In this document: in pieces, positions 11,099 through 21,793 of the stretch
Position numbering within the stretch: position 1 is the stretch's first letter
Layout of the letters: each line of letters begins with the position of its first letter
Source of the DNA: Acidimicrobiia bacterium
Lineage (GTDB): Bacteria > Actinomycetota > Acidimicrobiia > Acidimicrobiales > CAIXPF01
DNA: 64,000 nucleotides
NCBI GenBank assembly: GCA_947476745.1
Contig: CANJRG010000012.1
Location: forward strand, 20,256-84,255
Direction of reading: 5' to 3'
Program-made: the position numbers and the translations under genes
Notes under the pieces: model-generated
Databases searched by the model: none
What the model saw: only the letters and a program-made list of their open reading frames with translations
Told to the model about the DNA's origin: nothing

Positions 11099-11944
11099 CT
11101 ACCCGACATGGCCGAGGTGATCAACCCGGGAACGGCCCCGGCGCCCGCCGAAGGTCAGCGCCAGGCAGAACAGGACCGTCCCGACCAGCACGATGGTCGG
11201 GCCCGACTTCCAGTTCAGGTGGTAGCTGAGGATCATCCCGACGAACCCGCACAGGGCACCGATTCCCGTCGCCAGCCACAGCATCCGCGAGAAGGAGTTG
11301 GTCATCATCCGCGCCACGGCGGCCGGGATGACCAGGGTCGCCGCCAACAACGTGACGCCGACGACCTTGAGCGTGACCAGGATCGAGGTGGCCAGCACCA
11401 GCATCAGCAGCGCATCGACCCGGGTGGTGCGCACCCCGCTCGCCGCGGCCACATCGGGGTCGAAGGTGGTGAACAGCAGGCGGCGGTAGCCGAAGAACAC
11501 CACGGCGACCGCGGCCACGGTGACCGCCGCCACCGACGCCACATCCCGGCCGGACACCCCCAGGATGCTGCCGAACAGGGCCGCGTCGAAACTCTCCCGC
11601 GGACCGCGGAACACGTCACCGAGCACGAGGCCGATGGCGAAGCTGGCGGTGGTGATCACCCCGATGGCGGCGTCGGACCCGATGGGCCTTCGGCGGGTCA
11701 CCGCGCCGATGGCCAGGGCCGAGGCCAACCCCCACAGACCCGCTCCGAGCAGGTAGTTCACCCCGATCAGCGAGGAGGCCACGAACCCACCGAAGATCGC
11801 ATGGGACAGGCCGTGGCCGATGAAGCTCATCGATCGCAGCACGACATAGGTGCCGATCAGGCCGCACAGCGCCCCGGCCATGGTGGCGACCAGCAGCCCG
11901 TTGCGGAAGAACGCAAACGTGAACGGTTCCCAGAAGACGTCCAT
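11099..11944 (-). CDS. Metal ABC transporter permease (ZnuB/MntB/TroC family)
   Basis: Start at ATG 11944 (MDVFWEPFTFAFFRNG...), preceded by GAGGGAGGA. It is a polytopic membrane protein. The upstream part of the 340-aa ORF overlaps the ATPase gene and is rejected. Confidence 0.85.
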   Translation of the reverse strand: MDVFWEPFTFAFFRNGLLVATMAGALCGLIGTYVVLRSMSFIGHGLSHAIFGGFVASSLIGVNYLLGAGLWGLASALAIGAVTRRRPIGSDAAIGVITTASFAIGLVLGDVFRGPRESFDAALFGSILGVSGRDVASVAAVTVAAVAVVFFGYRRLLFTTFDPDVAAASGVRTTRVDALLMLVLATSILVTLKVVGVTLLAATLVIPAAVARMMTNSFSRMLWLATGIGALCGFVGMILSYHLNWKSGPTIVLVGTVLFCLALTFGGRRGRSRVDHLGHVG

Positions 11945-11961
11945 CAGCTCCCGGTCCTCCC

Positions 11962-12726
11962 TCAGCTGACCTTGCGCGGGCGCTGGAGTTCGGCATCGAC
12001 GACGACCGGCATCCCTGCATGGGACAGCACGTCCATCCGGGCGCCATAGGTGGCTTCGAGCACGGCCGGGGTCAGCACTGCGGCGGGTGGTCCCTGGCCG
12101 AGGACCCGTCGGTTCATGCACACCAGGTGCGGGAGGTGGGCGGCGATGCCGTTGAGGTCGTGGGTGGTCAGCAGCATGGCCGTTCCCCCGGCATTGAGCT
12201 CCTCGAGCAGGTGCAGGATCTCGTGGCGGGTTCGCACGTCAACCCCGGAAGTGGGCTCGTCCATCAGCAGCAGGTCCGGCGAACCGATGAGGGCCCGGGC
12301 CAGGAACACCCGCTGCTGCTGGCCGCCCGACAGTGCCCGGATGTGACGGTCCGCCAACCCGCCGAGCCCGAGCCGTTCCAGCATGGCCTCGATGGCCCGG
12401 CGTTCCTCGGCCGAGCGCCATGGCAGGCGCCGCTTGCTCAGCTGCGCCATCGCCAGCACCTCGCCCACCGTGACCGGGAAGTTCCAGTTCACTGTCTCCA
12501 CCTGGGGCACGTAGGCCACCCGCAGACCGGGACGGAGCTGCACGCAGCCCGACGTGGGGCGCACCGCGCCGACCAGCAGACGCAACAACGTGGTCTTGCC
12601 CGACCCCGACGGTCCGACCACGCCGACAAAGCAACCGGGCCCGAACTCGAGGCTCACACCTTCGAGCACCAGGTGGTGCCCGTAGCCGAACGAGACGTCC
12701 TCGAAGCGGACCAGTGCGTCGCTCAT
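11962..12726 (-). CDS. Metal ABC transporter ATP-binding protein (ZnuC family)
   Basis: Start at ATG 12726 (MSDALVRFEDVSFGY...). Walker A GPSGSGKTT, signature LSGGQQQR and Walker B LLLMDEP. Confidence 0.88.
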   Translation of the reverse strand: MSDALVRFEDVSFGYGHHLVLEGVSLEFGPGCFVGVVGPSGSGKTTLLRLLVGAVRPTSGCVQLRPGLRVAYVPQVETVNWNFPVTVGEVLAMAQLSKRRLPWRSAEERRAIEAMLERLGLGGLADRHIRALSGGQQQRVFLARALIGSPDLLLMDEPTSGVDVRTRHEILHLLEELNAGGTAMLLTTHDLNGIAAHLPHLVCMNRRVLGQGPPAAVLTPAVLEATYGARMDVLSHAGMPVVVDAELQRPRKVS

Positions 12727-13733
12727 TGCGGGTAGCTCGCCCGGTCGGGGACCAAGTCGGACACATCGACCTGCTGCAGGGCCAACGGGTCGCCGCCGAG
12801 GGCCTCGGTCATGGTGGCGAAGTCGAAGCGCACCAGCGCCAGGTAGGAGTGCTCGGCGTCTCCGGGTGCCCCGGGCAGGTCGTCGTCGCGCAAGTCGTCG
12901 ACGTAGGCGACACCGGCCTCCTTGCTGAGCTGGTCGAGCACCGGGCTGGGAAAGACCTCCGAGCCGAAGATGGCCTTCACCCCGCTGGCCTTCACCTGGT
13001 CGATGAGCCGGGCAACGTCCTTCGGGGTGGGGTCCTCGAAGTCGGACATCTGGATGGCGCCGATCACGGTCCAGCCGTACTCCTTGGCGAAGTAGGCGTA
13101 GGCATCGTGGTAGGTGAGTAGCCGGCGCTGGCCTTGCGGGATGGTGGCGAAGGCCGTCCGCATGGCAGCGTCGAGCCCGTCGAGCCGGGCCGAATACGCC
13201 GCGAGGTTGGCGGCGTAGTCCGCGGCGTGGCCGGGATCGAGGCCGCTCATCTTCTCCGCGACGATCTCGGCGTAGCGCTTGGCCATCACCGGGTTGGTCC
13301 ACAGGTGCGGGTTGGGCTTGCCCTCCTCCTTCGGGAAGGAGAAATCGTAGATGTACTGCTCGGGCGTGATGGTCAGCGCCCCGAGCTCCACCACCTCGGT
13401 CGTTTTCTTCTTGTTCGAATCGGCCAGCTTCTTGGTCGGTTCCTCGAGCTGCAACCCGTTCATGATGATCAGGTCGGCCTTCGCCAGGTCCTTGGCCACC
13501 GACGGCTTCGGCTCGAAGACGTGGGAGTTGCTGCCCTCTGGCACCACACCCACGACCCTGGCCCGGTCACCCACCACGTTGGAAACGATGGAGGTGATGG
13601 GGGCGACCGTGGTCACCACCAGCGGACGGTCGTCGGCGGCGTCACCACCACTGCAGGCGACGAGCCCGCTGCCGACCAGCGTCACGAGAATCATCCAGCG
13701 GCCCACGCGACGCATCGACGCTCGTGCGCACAT
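12723..13733 (-). CDS. Metal ABC transporter substrate-binding lipoprotein (TroA/ZnuA family)
   Basis: ATG 13733 is preceded by GGGAGGA. Lipoprotein-like signal (LVTLVGSGLVAC). ATGA overlap with the ATPase start. An alternative start exists at 13715. Confidence 0.85.
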   Translation of the reverse strand: MCARASMRRVGRWMILVTLVGSGLVACSGGDAADDRPLVVTTVAPITSIVSNVVGDRARVVGVVPEGSNSHVFEPKPSVAKDLAKADLIIMNGLQLEEPTKKLADSNKKKTTEVVELGALTITPEQYIYDFSFPKEEGKPNPHLWTNPVMAKRYAEIVAEKMSGLDPGHAADYAANLAAYSARLDGLDAAMRTAFATIPQGQRRLLTYHDAYAYFAKEYGWTVIGAIQMSDFEDPTPKDVARLIDQVKASGVKAIFGSEVFPSPVLDQLSKEAGVAYVDDLRDDDLPGAPGDAEHSYLALVRFDFATMTEALGGDPLALQQVDVSDLVPDRASYPQ

Positions 13734-13765
13734 GTCCCATCCTCCCGCCCTGCCGTCGACCCAGA

Positions 13766-13780
13766 TGCGAGCAGCTCGCA
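13766..13780. promoter_or_regulatory. 7-1-7 perfect palindrome TGCGAGC-A-GCTCGCA upstream of the metal ABC operon
   Basis: Read directly. It lies 33-47 nt upstream of ATG 13733. It could be an operator or a 5' UTR hairpin. It does not resemble AT-rich Zur boxes. Confidence 0.3.
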
Positions 13781-13835
13781 CGTAGCAGACGAAGTTTCTA
13801 CTGGGGACAGACGAGCTATCCCAGAAATCGCCGAC

Positions 13836-13870
13836 AAAAAGCACGAAGCCGGATCATCAGATCCGGCTTC
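13836..13870 (-). terminator. Intrinsic terminator downstream of rpoD
   Basis: Minus-strand RNA: GAAGCCGGAUC-UGAU-GAUCCGGCUUC (11-bp perfect stem, 4-nt loop), followed by GUGCUUUUUG. It starts 22 nt after the rpoD stop. Confidence 0.75.
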
Positions 13871-13892
13871 GGTCACGCAACGTGGTTGGCCA

Positions 13893-15173
13893 CTACCCTC
13901 CGTCGAGGTAGTCCCGCAGCTTCTGGCTCCGCAAGGGGTGTCGCAGCTTGGCCAGGGTCTTCGACTCGATCTGCCGGATGCGCTCGCGGGTCACCCCGAA
14001 CTCCTTGCCGACCTCCTCGAGGGTGCGGGCCTGGCCGTCCTCGAGGCCGAAGCGGAGGCGCACCACCTGCTTCTCCCGATCGGACAGGCCGGCAAGCGCC
14101 TCGAGCACCGCCTCCCCGAGCATCATCTTGGCGGCGGCATCGGCAGGCGCCTCGGCCCCGCCGTCGGCGATGAAGTCGGCGAGGTTGGAATCGTCCTCCT
14201 CACCGACCGGCGAGTCGAGCGACAGGGGGTCCTGGCTGTAACGAAGGATGTCCCGTACCCGCTCCGGGGTCATGTCGACCCGGGCCGCGAGCTCCTCGAC
14301 GGTGGCATCACGCTCGAGCTCCTGCACCATCTGGCGCTGGACCCGGTGGACCTTGTTCATCGACTCGACCATGTGCACCGGGATGCGGATCGTGCGCGCC
14401 TGGTCGGCGATGGCCCTCGTGATGGCCTGGCGGATCCACCAGGTGGCATAGGTCGAGAACTTGAAGCCCCTGGTGTGATCGAACTTTTCGACCGCCCGCA
14501 TCAGCCCGAGGTTGCCCTCCTGGATGAGGTCCAACAGGAGCATGCCGCGGCCCACGTATCGCTTGGCGATGGAGACCACCAGCCGCAGGTTGGCCTGGGT
14601 GAGTTCCTGCTTGGCCAGGTCCCCGTCGTTGGCCACCCGCTTCGCACGGCGGCGCTCACGCGGCTCGAGCGAGTCGAGCTCGCCGGACGCAGCAAGATCG
14701 GCGAGTTGTTCGGCAGCCAGCATGCCGGCCTGGATCCGCTTGGCCAGCGCGACCTCGTCCTCGGCGCAGAGCAGCGCCACCTGGCCGATCTCCTTGAGGT
14801 ACATGCGGACCGTGTCCGAGGTGCCGGCGGACCCGGGGCGCAGATTCGGCTCGACCCGGGCCGACGCACGGCGCGTCCGAGGAATGTCGTCGTCGGTGGC
14901 ATCGGAGCGCCCGGAACGAACCGGGACCTCATCGCTCGGCTCGACCGGCACGATCCGCAGGGGCGCCGCAGGTTCGCCCACCAGCTCGATGCCTTCGGCA
15001 TCGGCAAGGGCACGGATCGACGCGTACAGTTCGCTCGTGCGCTTCGACGCTGGCACGACCTGCTCCACGTCGCCGTACGCGATCCGACCGTCACCACGGG
15101 CTTTGACCAGCAGAGCCTTGAGATCGGCGCCGAGGCCCACAGGCCCCGCAGGGAGAGGCGTTGGTTGATTCAT
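13893..15173 (-). CDS. rpoD: Principal RNA polymerase sigma factor (sigma-70 / HrdB type)
   Basis: 426 aa. [43 protein letters not shown] and [19 protein letters not shown] are regions 1.2-4 of group-1 sigma factors. Confidence 0.95.
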   Translation of the reverse strand: MNQPTPLPAGPVGLGADLKALLVKARGDGRIAYGDVEQVVPASKRTSELYASIRALADAEGIELVGEPAAPLRIVPVEPSDEVPVRSGRSDATDDDIPRTRRASARVEPNLRPGSAGTSDTVRMYLKEIGQVALLCAEDEVALAKRIQAGMLAAEQLADLAASGELDSLEPRERRRAKRVANDGDLAKQELTQANLRLVVSIAKRYVGRGMLLLDLIQEGNLGLMRAVEKFDHTRGFKFSTYATWWIRQAITRAIADQARTIRIPVHMVESMNKVHRVQRQMVQELERDATVEELAARVDMTPERVRDILRYSQDPLSLDSPVGEEDDSNLADFIADGGAEAPADAAAKMMLGEAVLEALAGLSDREKQVVRLRFGLEDGQARTLEEVGKEFGVTRERIRQIESKTLAKLRHPLRSQKLRDYLDGG

Positions 15174-17059
15174 CGCGTGCCCTCATCCTGGTCGAGGAGT
15201 AACGCTAGCAAGTCGGTGCCCGCTTGAAGCTTGGCCTCGCCGGCGCTGTCGTCGCTCATCAGCGTCGACTGCAGGCCGGCGACATAGGAAAGCCGTTCGC
15301 TCAGCGCGAGCGGGTTCTCCGCTCCCAGCGCGGTCTGCCTCAGATCCATGATCACGCGACGGACCGCCTCCTGGCTCAAGCGGAGGAACGCGTCCTCCAT
15401 GGTGGAATCGGTCTGTTCAGCAGCTGCCTGACGAAGCAACCCGGCGACTTCGGGATCATCGTCCTCGGTGGCGGCGAGGGCGTCGGCCAACGACGGCCAC
15501 GCCAAGAGCGCCCCGAAAGCCCGTCGGTAAGGGCCCTCGGAGAAGAGCACCGGGTCGAGCCAGCCCAGCGACTCGTCAGGGGCTTCGACCGCGGCACGCA
15601 ACGCGTCGCGCTCGACCTGGTCGTGCACGCCGCGGCGCACGGCTGAGCCACGGTCGTCGTTCACGTCGGCAAGGTCGCGGTCGTGCCAGTCATCGGGACC
15701 GTGGTGACGATCGTCGCGGCGGGCTACGGCGCGGCCGTCGACACGGTCCCGGCGGCGGGCGGGCTCGGCGGAACTCGCCGCGCCGCTCGGCCGGCGGGTG
15801 AGGAGCTGACGCAGCTGATCGACCTCGATACGGCAGTGTGAGGAGACCTCGAGCAAATACTGGTCACGCACCAGCGGGTTGGGATGCTGGGCAATGGCGT
15901 CGAGCGCGCGCTCCGCAGCCCGGGCCCGGCCCTCGGGGCGGTGCAGATCGGCGGCGGCGAGGATCCGCTGCAGGCGGAACCCCAAGAACGGGACGGCCCG
16001 TTCGACTGCGGCACGCAGCGCCACCGGGTCCTGGCGGGCGAGATCCGCGGGATCGACACCGTCGGGCAGGTTCGCCACCACCACGTCGAGCTCGTAGGTC
16101 TGTTCCCACTGGTGGAACCGCTCGGCCGCCGCCTGACCGGCCCCGTCCGCGTCGAAGGCGAGGACCAGCCGCTTGGCGAAGCGGGTCAGTAGCTTCACGT
16201 GGTCCTCAGTGAGCGCCGTGCCGCACGTGGCCACGGCGCGGCCCATCCCCGCTTGGAAGAACCCGATCACGTCGGTGTATCCCTCGCAGACGATGGCTTC
16301 TTGCACCTGGACGATATCGGCCTTCGCTGCCGACAGTCCGTACAGGACCTTCGACTTATCGTAGATGGGCGTCGAGCCGGGGTTGAGGTACTTGGGACCG
16401 TCGGCTCCCTGCATCTTGCGCCCCCCGAAACCGATGGGATCGCCCTGCGGGTCGAAGATCGGGAACAGGATCCGGCCGCGGAAGAAGTCCTGCTGGCGAC
16501 CGCGACGGTTGATGAGCCCCAGGCCGCTGTCCCGCCAGTCGTCGTCACTGACGCGCAGGGCCCGCGACAACTCGTCCCAACCTTCCGGCGCCCAGCCGAG
16601 CCGGAAACGGCGGACGTCGTCGCCGGCGATCCCCCGGGAACGCAGGTACCCGCGGGCCGGGCCGGCATCGGCACCGACGAGCAGCCGCTGGTGGTACCAC
16701 TCGACGGCCCGCTCGACGATGTCGGAGAGCTGCAGACGTCGCTTGCGGAACTGCCCGCCGTCGGCGTCGGTGTAGCGCAACGACAGGTTGGCCTTGGCGG
16801 CGAGCCGTTCGACCGCACCGACGAAATCAAGTCCTTCGAGCTCGCGCAGGAAGGTGATGCTGTCGCCGCTCTTCTGGCAGCCGAAGCAGTAGAACAGCCC
16901 CTGTTCCTCGTTGACCGAGAAGCTCGGCGACTTCTCCGGATGGAACGGGCACAACCCCACCCAGCGACGTCCGACCCGCTTGAGGGGCACGAACTGGCTG
17001 ACGACGCCCACGATATTGGTGGCGTTGCGGACCGCCAGCACGTCCTCGTCGTTGATCAT
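15170..17059 (-). CDS. dnaG: DNA primase
   Basis: Start at ATG 17059 ([17 protein letters not shown]...). Zinc finger [13 protein letters not shown]...CFGC and a TOPRIM region. The stop overlaps the rpoD start (ATGA). Confidence 0.92.
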   Translation of the reverse strand: MINDEDVLAVRNATNIVGVVSQFVPLKRVGRRWVGLCPFHPEKSPSFSVNEEQGLFYCFGCQKSGDSITFLRELEGLDFVGAVERLAAKANLSLRYTDADGGQFRKRRLQLSDIVERAVEWYHQRLLVGADAGPARGYLRSRGIAGDDVRRFRLGWAPEGWDELSRALRVSDDDWRDSGLGLINRRGRQQDFFRGRILFPIFDPQGDPIGFGGRKMQGADGPKYLNPGSTPIYDKSKVLYGLSAAKADIVQVQEAIVCEGYTDVIGFFQAGMGRAVATCGTALTEDHVKLLTRFAKRLVLAFDADGAGQAAAERFHQWEQTYELDVVVANLPDGVDPADLARQDPVALRAAVERAVPFLGFRLQRILAAADLHRPEGRARAAERALDAIAQHPNPLVRDQYLLEVSSHCRIEVDQLRQLLTRRPSGAASSAEPARRRDRVDGRAVARRDDRHHGPDDWHDRDLADVNDDRGSAVRRGVHDQVERDALRAAVEAPDESLGWLDPVLFSEGPYRRAFGALLAWPSLADALAATEDDDPEVAGLLRQAAAEQTDSTMEDAFLRLSQEAVRRVIMDLRQTALGAENPLALSERLSYVAGLQSTLMSDDSAGEAKLQAGTDLLALLLDQDEGTR

Positions 17060-17255
17060 GATCGCTCCGCCCGCACCGGCATCGGCACCAGACAACCACA
17101 ACCGCACGCCGCGACGGAGCGGATTCGCCGCGGAGCCCCAAGGCGGGGGACATTTCGATCGTCCCACCGGGCTGATGATCGCTGCTCGCCGATTCGCCTC
17201 CGGGGTCGCGGACACCGCCGATGTCGCGGACGGGCGCGGACCCCGTGGTCCTTCG

Positions 17256-19940
17256 TCACCGATCCGCGGGCGCGAGGTCCGCTTGCCCCCGGGTGAGCAC
17301 GGCATGGGCGGCGGCCAGGCGGGCGACGGGAACCCGGAACGGCGAGCACGACACGTAGTCCACCCCGGCACCGAGGAAGAAGGCGATCGACGCCGGATCG
17401 CCGCCGTGCTCGCCGCACACCCCGATCGCGAGGTCGGCCCGCCCTGTACGACCCCGGGCCACGCCAAGTGACACCAGTTCGCCGACGCCATCGACGTCGA
17501 TGGTCTCGAAGGGGTTGTGGGCCAGCAGGCCGGCGGCGAGGTAGGTCGGCAGGATCCTCGACTCGACATCGTCGCGACTGAACCCGAAGGTCATCTGGGT
17601 CAGGTCGTTGGTGCCGAAGCTGAAGAAGTCCGCGACCTCGGCGATGTCCGCGGCCCCCAGGGCTGCCCGAGGGGTCTCGATCATCGTGCCGATGGCCACG
17701 GTGCCACCGGCAGCGAGATCCCGACCGTGTCGTCGGGTGGCGGCGTCGATCTCGTCCTGCACCCAGCCGCGCACGAGGGCCAGTTCCTCCCGGCCGACCA
17801 CCAGCGGGATCATGATCTCGGCCATGGGCCGCCCGCCCGCTCCGAGTCGGGCGGCCACGGCATCGAGCAGGGCCGCCACCTGCATCCGGTAGAGGCCGGG
17901 CCGCAGAATGCCCAGGCGCACGCCACGCGTGCCCAGCATCGGGTTCTGCTCGTGCCAGTGCCGGGTCGCGGCGTGCAGGGCCCGCTGCTCGTCGCTGAGG
18001 GGCTGCCCGGTTGCCTCCTGCCCGGCGATGTCCTCCAACGACGGGAGGAACTCGTGCAGCGGCGGATCGAGGAGCCGCACCGTGACCGGTAGGCCGTCCA
18101 TCGCCCCGAGCAACGCCTCGAAGTCGGCCCGCTGGACGTCGGCCAACTGGGCCAGGGCTGTGGCCTCCTCCTCGTCGGTGGTGGCCAGGATGGCCCGTCG
18201 CAGCAACGGCAGACGGTCCCCGAGGAACTGGTGCTCGGTCCGGCACAGGCCCACCCCGCGGGCGCCGAAAGCCCGGGCGCGGACGGCGTCGGGACCGGTG
18301 TCGGCATTTGCCCGGACCTCGAGCAGACCCTGGCACACCTCGTCGGCCCAGCCCAGCACCACGTCGAACTCCGGCGGTGGAGCGCCCTCGACGGTGGCCA
18401 GGGCGTCGAGCATGACGGCCCCGGAATTCCCGTCGATCGAGATGACCGTACCCTCCGACACCGACACCGTCACCCCTTCGGCTGAGGTCGCGGTGAACCC
18501 GCCCTCGACGATCTCGATTCCCTCCGCCCCGACCACCGCCGGGATGCCCCAGCCGCGGGCCACGACCGCAGCGTGGGACACCAACCCACCGCGAACGGTG
18601 AGCACCCCGCGCGCCACCTGCATGCCGTGCACGTCCTCCGGCGAGGTTTCGGTGCGGACCAGGATGACGTCGTGGCCCTGCTCGGCGGCGTCCACCGCAG
18701 CATCGGCGCTCAGGCAGACCCGCCCGACGGCGGCGCCGGGCGAGGCGGCGAGGCCGGTGGCGATCACCGTGCCGGCAGCGGAGAACGTGGGGTGCAGCAC
18801 CTGTTCGAGGTGCTCCGGTCGGACCCGTTGCAGCGCCTCCCGTCGATCGAGCGCTATCGCCGGATCCTCGACCATGGCCACCGCCAGGCGCAGGGCCGCC
18901 GCACCGGTTCGTTTGCCCACGCGGACCTGCAGCATCCACAACTTGTCCTGCTCGATGGTGAACTCAGTGTCGAGCAGCTCGCGGTAATGGCGTTCCAACC
19001 GGGCGAAGATGCCGAGCAGTTCGTCGTAGGCGGCGGGAAAGGCCGCCTGCATGGAGGCGAGGGGCTCCGGGCGCCGGATCCCGGGGACCACGTCCTCCCC
19101 CTGGGCGTTGACGAGGAAGTCCCCGTAGGGCTCGGCGCTCCCGGTGACCGGGTTGCGGGTGAAGCCGACCCCGGTGGCCGAGCGGGCGTCCCGGTTACCG
19201 AACACCATCACCTGCACGTTGACCGCGGTGCCGAGTTCGGCGGCGATCCGTTCGCGGGTTCGGTACGTGATGGCCCGTGGCGAACCCCACGAACGGAACA
19301 CCGCCTCGATCGCACCGCGGAGCTGCAGGGCCGGCTCCTGGGGGAACGCCGCACCGGTGTGCTGCTGCACGGTCCGCAGCGACGCAGCCACGACGGCCGC
19401 GAGCGCGTCGGCGCCGAGCGCCGCATCGGTCGTCACCCCGGCCTGCCGTTTCGCGTCGTCGAGCAAGGCCTCGAAGGCCTCCCCCGGCACGTCGAGCACA
19501 ACCCGGGCGTACTGGGCGATGAGCCGCCGGTAGGAATCGAGGGCGAAGCGTCGTTCGGTCCGGCGCGCCAGTGCCTCCACCGAGCGGTCGTTCAGGCCGA
19601 CGTTGAGCACCGTGTCCATCATCCCCGGCATGGAGAAGCGCGCCCCCGAGCGCACCGACAGCAGCAGCGGCTCGGTCGGGTCCTCGACGCGACGTCTGCT
19701 GCGTAGCTCGAGACGACTCACCGCGGCAGCCACTTCGGCGGCCAGACCCTCGGGCCAGCCGTCACGCAGATACGCCCGGCAGGCCTCCGTGCTGATGGTG
19801 AAGCCCGGCGGGACGGGCAGCTGCAACACCGAGGTCATCTCGGCGAGGTTGGCGCCCTTGCCGCCGAGCAGCTCGGCCAACTCGCGTGGCGACCGCTCGT
19901 GCACGTGGTCGAAGTCGTAGACGTAGCTGCGATTCGGCAT
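17256..19940 (-). CDS. ppdK: Pyruvate, phosphate dikinase
   Basis: 894 aa. N-terminus LLGGKGANLAEM, phospho-His region GGLVSHAAVVARGWG and a C-terminal PEP-utilising domain CGEHGGDP. Confidence 0.95.
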   Translation of the reverse strand: MPNRSYVYDFDHVHERSPRELAELLGGKGANLAEMTSVLQLPVPPGFTISTEACRAYLRDGWPEGLAAEVAAAVSRLELRSRRRVEDPTEPLLLSVRSGARFSMPGMMDTVLNVGLNDRSVEALARRTERRFALDSYRRLIAQYARVVLDVPGEAFEALLDDAKRQAGVTTDAALGADALAAVVAASLRTVQQHTGAAFPQEPALQLRGAIEAVFRSWGSPRAITYRTRERIAAELGTAVNVQVMVFGNRDARSATGVGFTRNPVTGSAEPYGDFLVNAQGEDVVPGIRRPEPLASMQAAFPAAYDELLGIFARLERHYRELLDTEFTIEQDKLWMLQVRVGKRTGAAALRLAVAMVEDPAIALDRREALQRVRPEHLEQVLHPTFSAAGTVIATGLAASPGAAVGRVCLSADAAVDAAEQGHDVILVRTETSPEDVHGMQVARGVLTVRGGLVSHAAVVARGWGIPAVVGAEGIEIVEGGFTATSAEGVTVSVSEGTVISIDGNSGAVMLDALATVEGAPPPEFDVVLGWADEVCQGLLEVRANADTGPDAVRARAFGARGVGLCRTEHQFLGDRLPLLRRAILATTDEEEATALAQLADVQRADFEALLGAMDGLPVTVRLLDPPLHEFLPSLEDIAGQEATGQPLSDEQRALHAATRHWHEQNPMLGTRGVRLGILRPGLYRMQVAALLDAVAARLGAGGRPMAEIMIPLVVGREELALVRGWVQDEIDAATRRHGRDLAAGGTVAIGTMIETPRAALGAADIAEVADFFSFGTNDLTQMTFGFSRDDVESRILPTYLAAGLLAHNPFETIDVDGVGELVSLGVARGRTGRADLAIGVCGEHGGDPASIAFFLGAGVDYVSCSPFRVPVARLAAAHAVLTRGQADLAPADR

Positions 19941-20093
19941 GTCCGGCTCCCTGCCCTCTGCCGTGAGGCGGCCGGCTCAACCTACCCGGGGCGCAGGAGG
20001 CTGCCGCCGTCCGCACACGACCCGTCGGGACGGACACCCCGCCCAGCAGCACCCGGCAGGGCGGCCCGCCGGACGGTCGCGGCGCCGCAGGCT

Positions 20094-20684
20094 TCAGCGC
20101 CGGTCGGGTCGATGCCAGTGGCGTCGACAACGCAGTTCATAGGTCACCTCGTCGCCCTGCCCGAGGTCGCCGGGCACGATGGTGTCGCCGTCGCGGACCT
20201 GCACACCGGCCACCAGTCGCGCATGATGGGTGGCAGGACGGCCGCACCAGCAACGGGCCTCGGACCGGACCACCTCGCGATGGTCGGCCAGCTCGAGCAG
20301 CCGGGCCGTTGCTGGGAACAGCCGACCACGGAAGTCGGTGAGCAGCCCGAAGGCGTAGACATCGAGGCCGTCGTCGTCCACCAGCTCGGCGAGTTGTTCG
20401 ATCTGATCCACGGTGTAGAACTGCGCCTCGTCGCACACCAGGAACTGCGGCGGTGGGCCGTCGGACAGCGCGACTCTGCATCGCTGACTGATGTCGGCAC
20501 CGGGAGCGAGCTCGATGGCGGGCCGGGAGACACCGAGCCTGCTGGCCACCGCCCCGTCGCCGCGTTCCTGACAGGTGACGAGCAGACCGCGCTGTCCGGC
20601 CAGGACCAGGTTGTGGTGGATCAGCAGGGCCATGGTCGACTTGCCCGACCCCATGGTCCCGTAGAAGAACCGCAACTCGGCCAT
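20094..20684 (-). CDS. tdk: Thymidine kinase
   Basis: 196 aa. P-loop GTMGSGKST, FLVCDEAQF and C-terminal Cys/His zinc ligands. Confidence 0.9.
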   Translation of the reverse strand: MAELRFFYGTMGSGKSTMALLIHHNLVLAGQRGLLVTCQERGDGAVASRLGVSRPAIELAPGADISQRCRVALSDGPPPQFLVCDEAQFYTVDQIEQLAELVDDDGLDVYAFGLLTDFRGRLFPATARLLELADHREVVRSEARCWCGRPATHHARLVAGVQVRDGDTIVPGDLGQGDEVTYELRCRRHWHRPDRR

Positions 20685-20702
20685 TGGCGGCGGGAGACGC
20701 GA

Positions 20703-21644
20703 TCAGCCGGCGAGACCGAGCAGGCGGCGCGCCTCTGCCACGTCGTCGTTCATCTGGGACACGAGCGCATCGACCGACTCGAACCTGGCCTCGCCGCGCA
20801 GGCGGTCGGTCAGCACCACGGCCGCCGGCTCGCCGTAGAGGTCGCCGGAGAAGTCGAGCAGGAACGCCTCGACGAGCGGGGTCGTACCGTCCTTGTAGAA
20901 CGTCGGCCGGCGCCCCACGTTGACTGCGGCGCCGTGGCATGTGCCGTCGGGCCGGACGTACCAGCCTGCGTACACGCCGTCGCCGGGCAGCAGGATCTCG
21001 TCCGGCAGGGCCACATTGGCCGTCGGGAAGCCGAGGGTCCGGCCCCGCTGGTCTCCGCCGATGACCACACCCCGAAGCTCGTGAGGCCGGCCGAGCATTG
21101 CGGCCGCCGCCTCGACGTCCCCGGCCGCAACCGCCTTGCGGATGGCAGTCGACGAGATGACACCGGGCCCGGAGCGGAGCAGGTCGAGCCCGAACACCTC
21201 GAACCCGGCTGTCGCTCCGAGGGTGCGCAACAGGCGGACGTTGCCGCCGCGGGCACGGCCGAAGTGGAAATCCTCCCCGACCACTACACAGCAGGCCTGC
21301 AGGCAGCCGACGATCACCTCGGCCACGAAGTCCTCCGCCGACTCCTGCGAGCGTGCTTCATCGAAGTGCACAACGTAGGTGACGTCGACACCGAGGCCAT
21401 CGAGCAGCTCGAGTTTCTGATCGAGCGTCGTGAGCAACTTGGGTGCCGATGCCGGCCGCACCACCGATGCCGGATGACGATCGAAGGTGATCACCGCCAA
21501 CCCGGCGCCGTGGGCATTCGCCTCACTGCGGGTGCGCTCGATCACCGTCCGATGGCCCAGGTGGACGCCGTCGTACGCCCCGATGGTCACCGCGAAGCGC
21601 CGGTCCTCAGCACGCACGCCCCGCTGATCTTCGATGACCTTCAC
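20703..21644 (-). CDS. ribF: Bifunctional riboflavin kinase / FMN adenylyltransferase
   Basis: 313 aa from a GTG start. GAYDGVHLGHR motif and a C-terminal riboflavin kinase (GFPTANV...). Confidence 0.92.
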   Translation of the reverse strand: MKVIEDQRGVRAEDRRFAVTIGAYDGVHLGHRTVIERTRSEANAHGAGLAVITFDRHPASVVRPASAPKLLTTLDQKLELLDGLGVDVTYVVHFDEARSQESAEDFVAEVIVGCLQACCVVVGEDFHFGRARGGNVRLLRTLGATAGFEVFGLDLLRSGPGVISSTAIRKAVAAGDVEAAAAMLGRPHELRGVVIGGDQRGRTLGFPTANVALPDEILLPGDGVYAGWYVRPDGTCHGAAVNVGRRPTFYKDGTTPLVEAFLLDFSGDLYGEPAAVVLTDRLRGEARFESVDALVSQMNDDVAEARRLLGLAG

Positions 21645-21793
21645 CGGTGTACCTCACCCACAGACCCAGGAGCCCATCACGGCCCGCTCGCACTATGGCG
21701 GAACGCTACTCCCCCACTGGGACAGCACACCTCACCCGGCGCGAAGCCACCGTGCCCGCAGCAGCCTGCGGCCGGACGCTTCCGGCACGGCGA

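Noticed and set aside
10592-12049. 485-aa plus-strand ORF across the Fur-family and permease genes
   Set aside because: It is antisense to two well-supported genes and has an extreme Gly/Arg/His/Asp composition.
13134-15227. 697-aa plus-strand ORF spanning the metal-transporter/rpoD region
   Set aside because: It is antisense to unmistakable rpoD and substrate-binding-protein genes. It has a low-complexity R/G/H/D/P composition and no motifs. This is the typical shadow ORF of very GC-rich DNA.
17060-17255. 196-bp dnaG-ppdK gap and other gaps over 100 bp (19941-20093, 21645-21793, 40852-41004, 50630-50806), inspected for tRNA, small RNA or small ORFs
   Set aside because: No cloverleaf-compatible sequence (no GTTCGAATC-like T-arm with a matching acceptor stem) and no conserved-looking element was seen. 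A computational tRNA/ncRNA scan would be needed to be sure.
17056-18939. 627-aa minus-strand ORF overlapping ppdK in another frame, and the 860-2179 Arg-rich ORF inside the propeller gene
   Set aside because: These are alternative-frame read-throughs with Arg/Gly/Pro-dominated composition. The in-frame genes carry clear family motifs.
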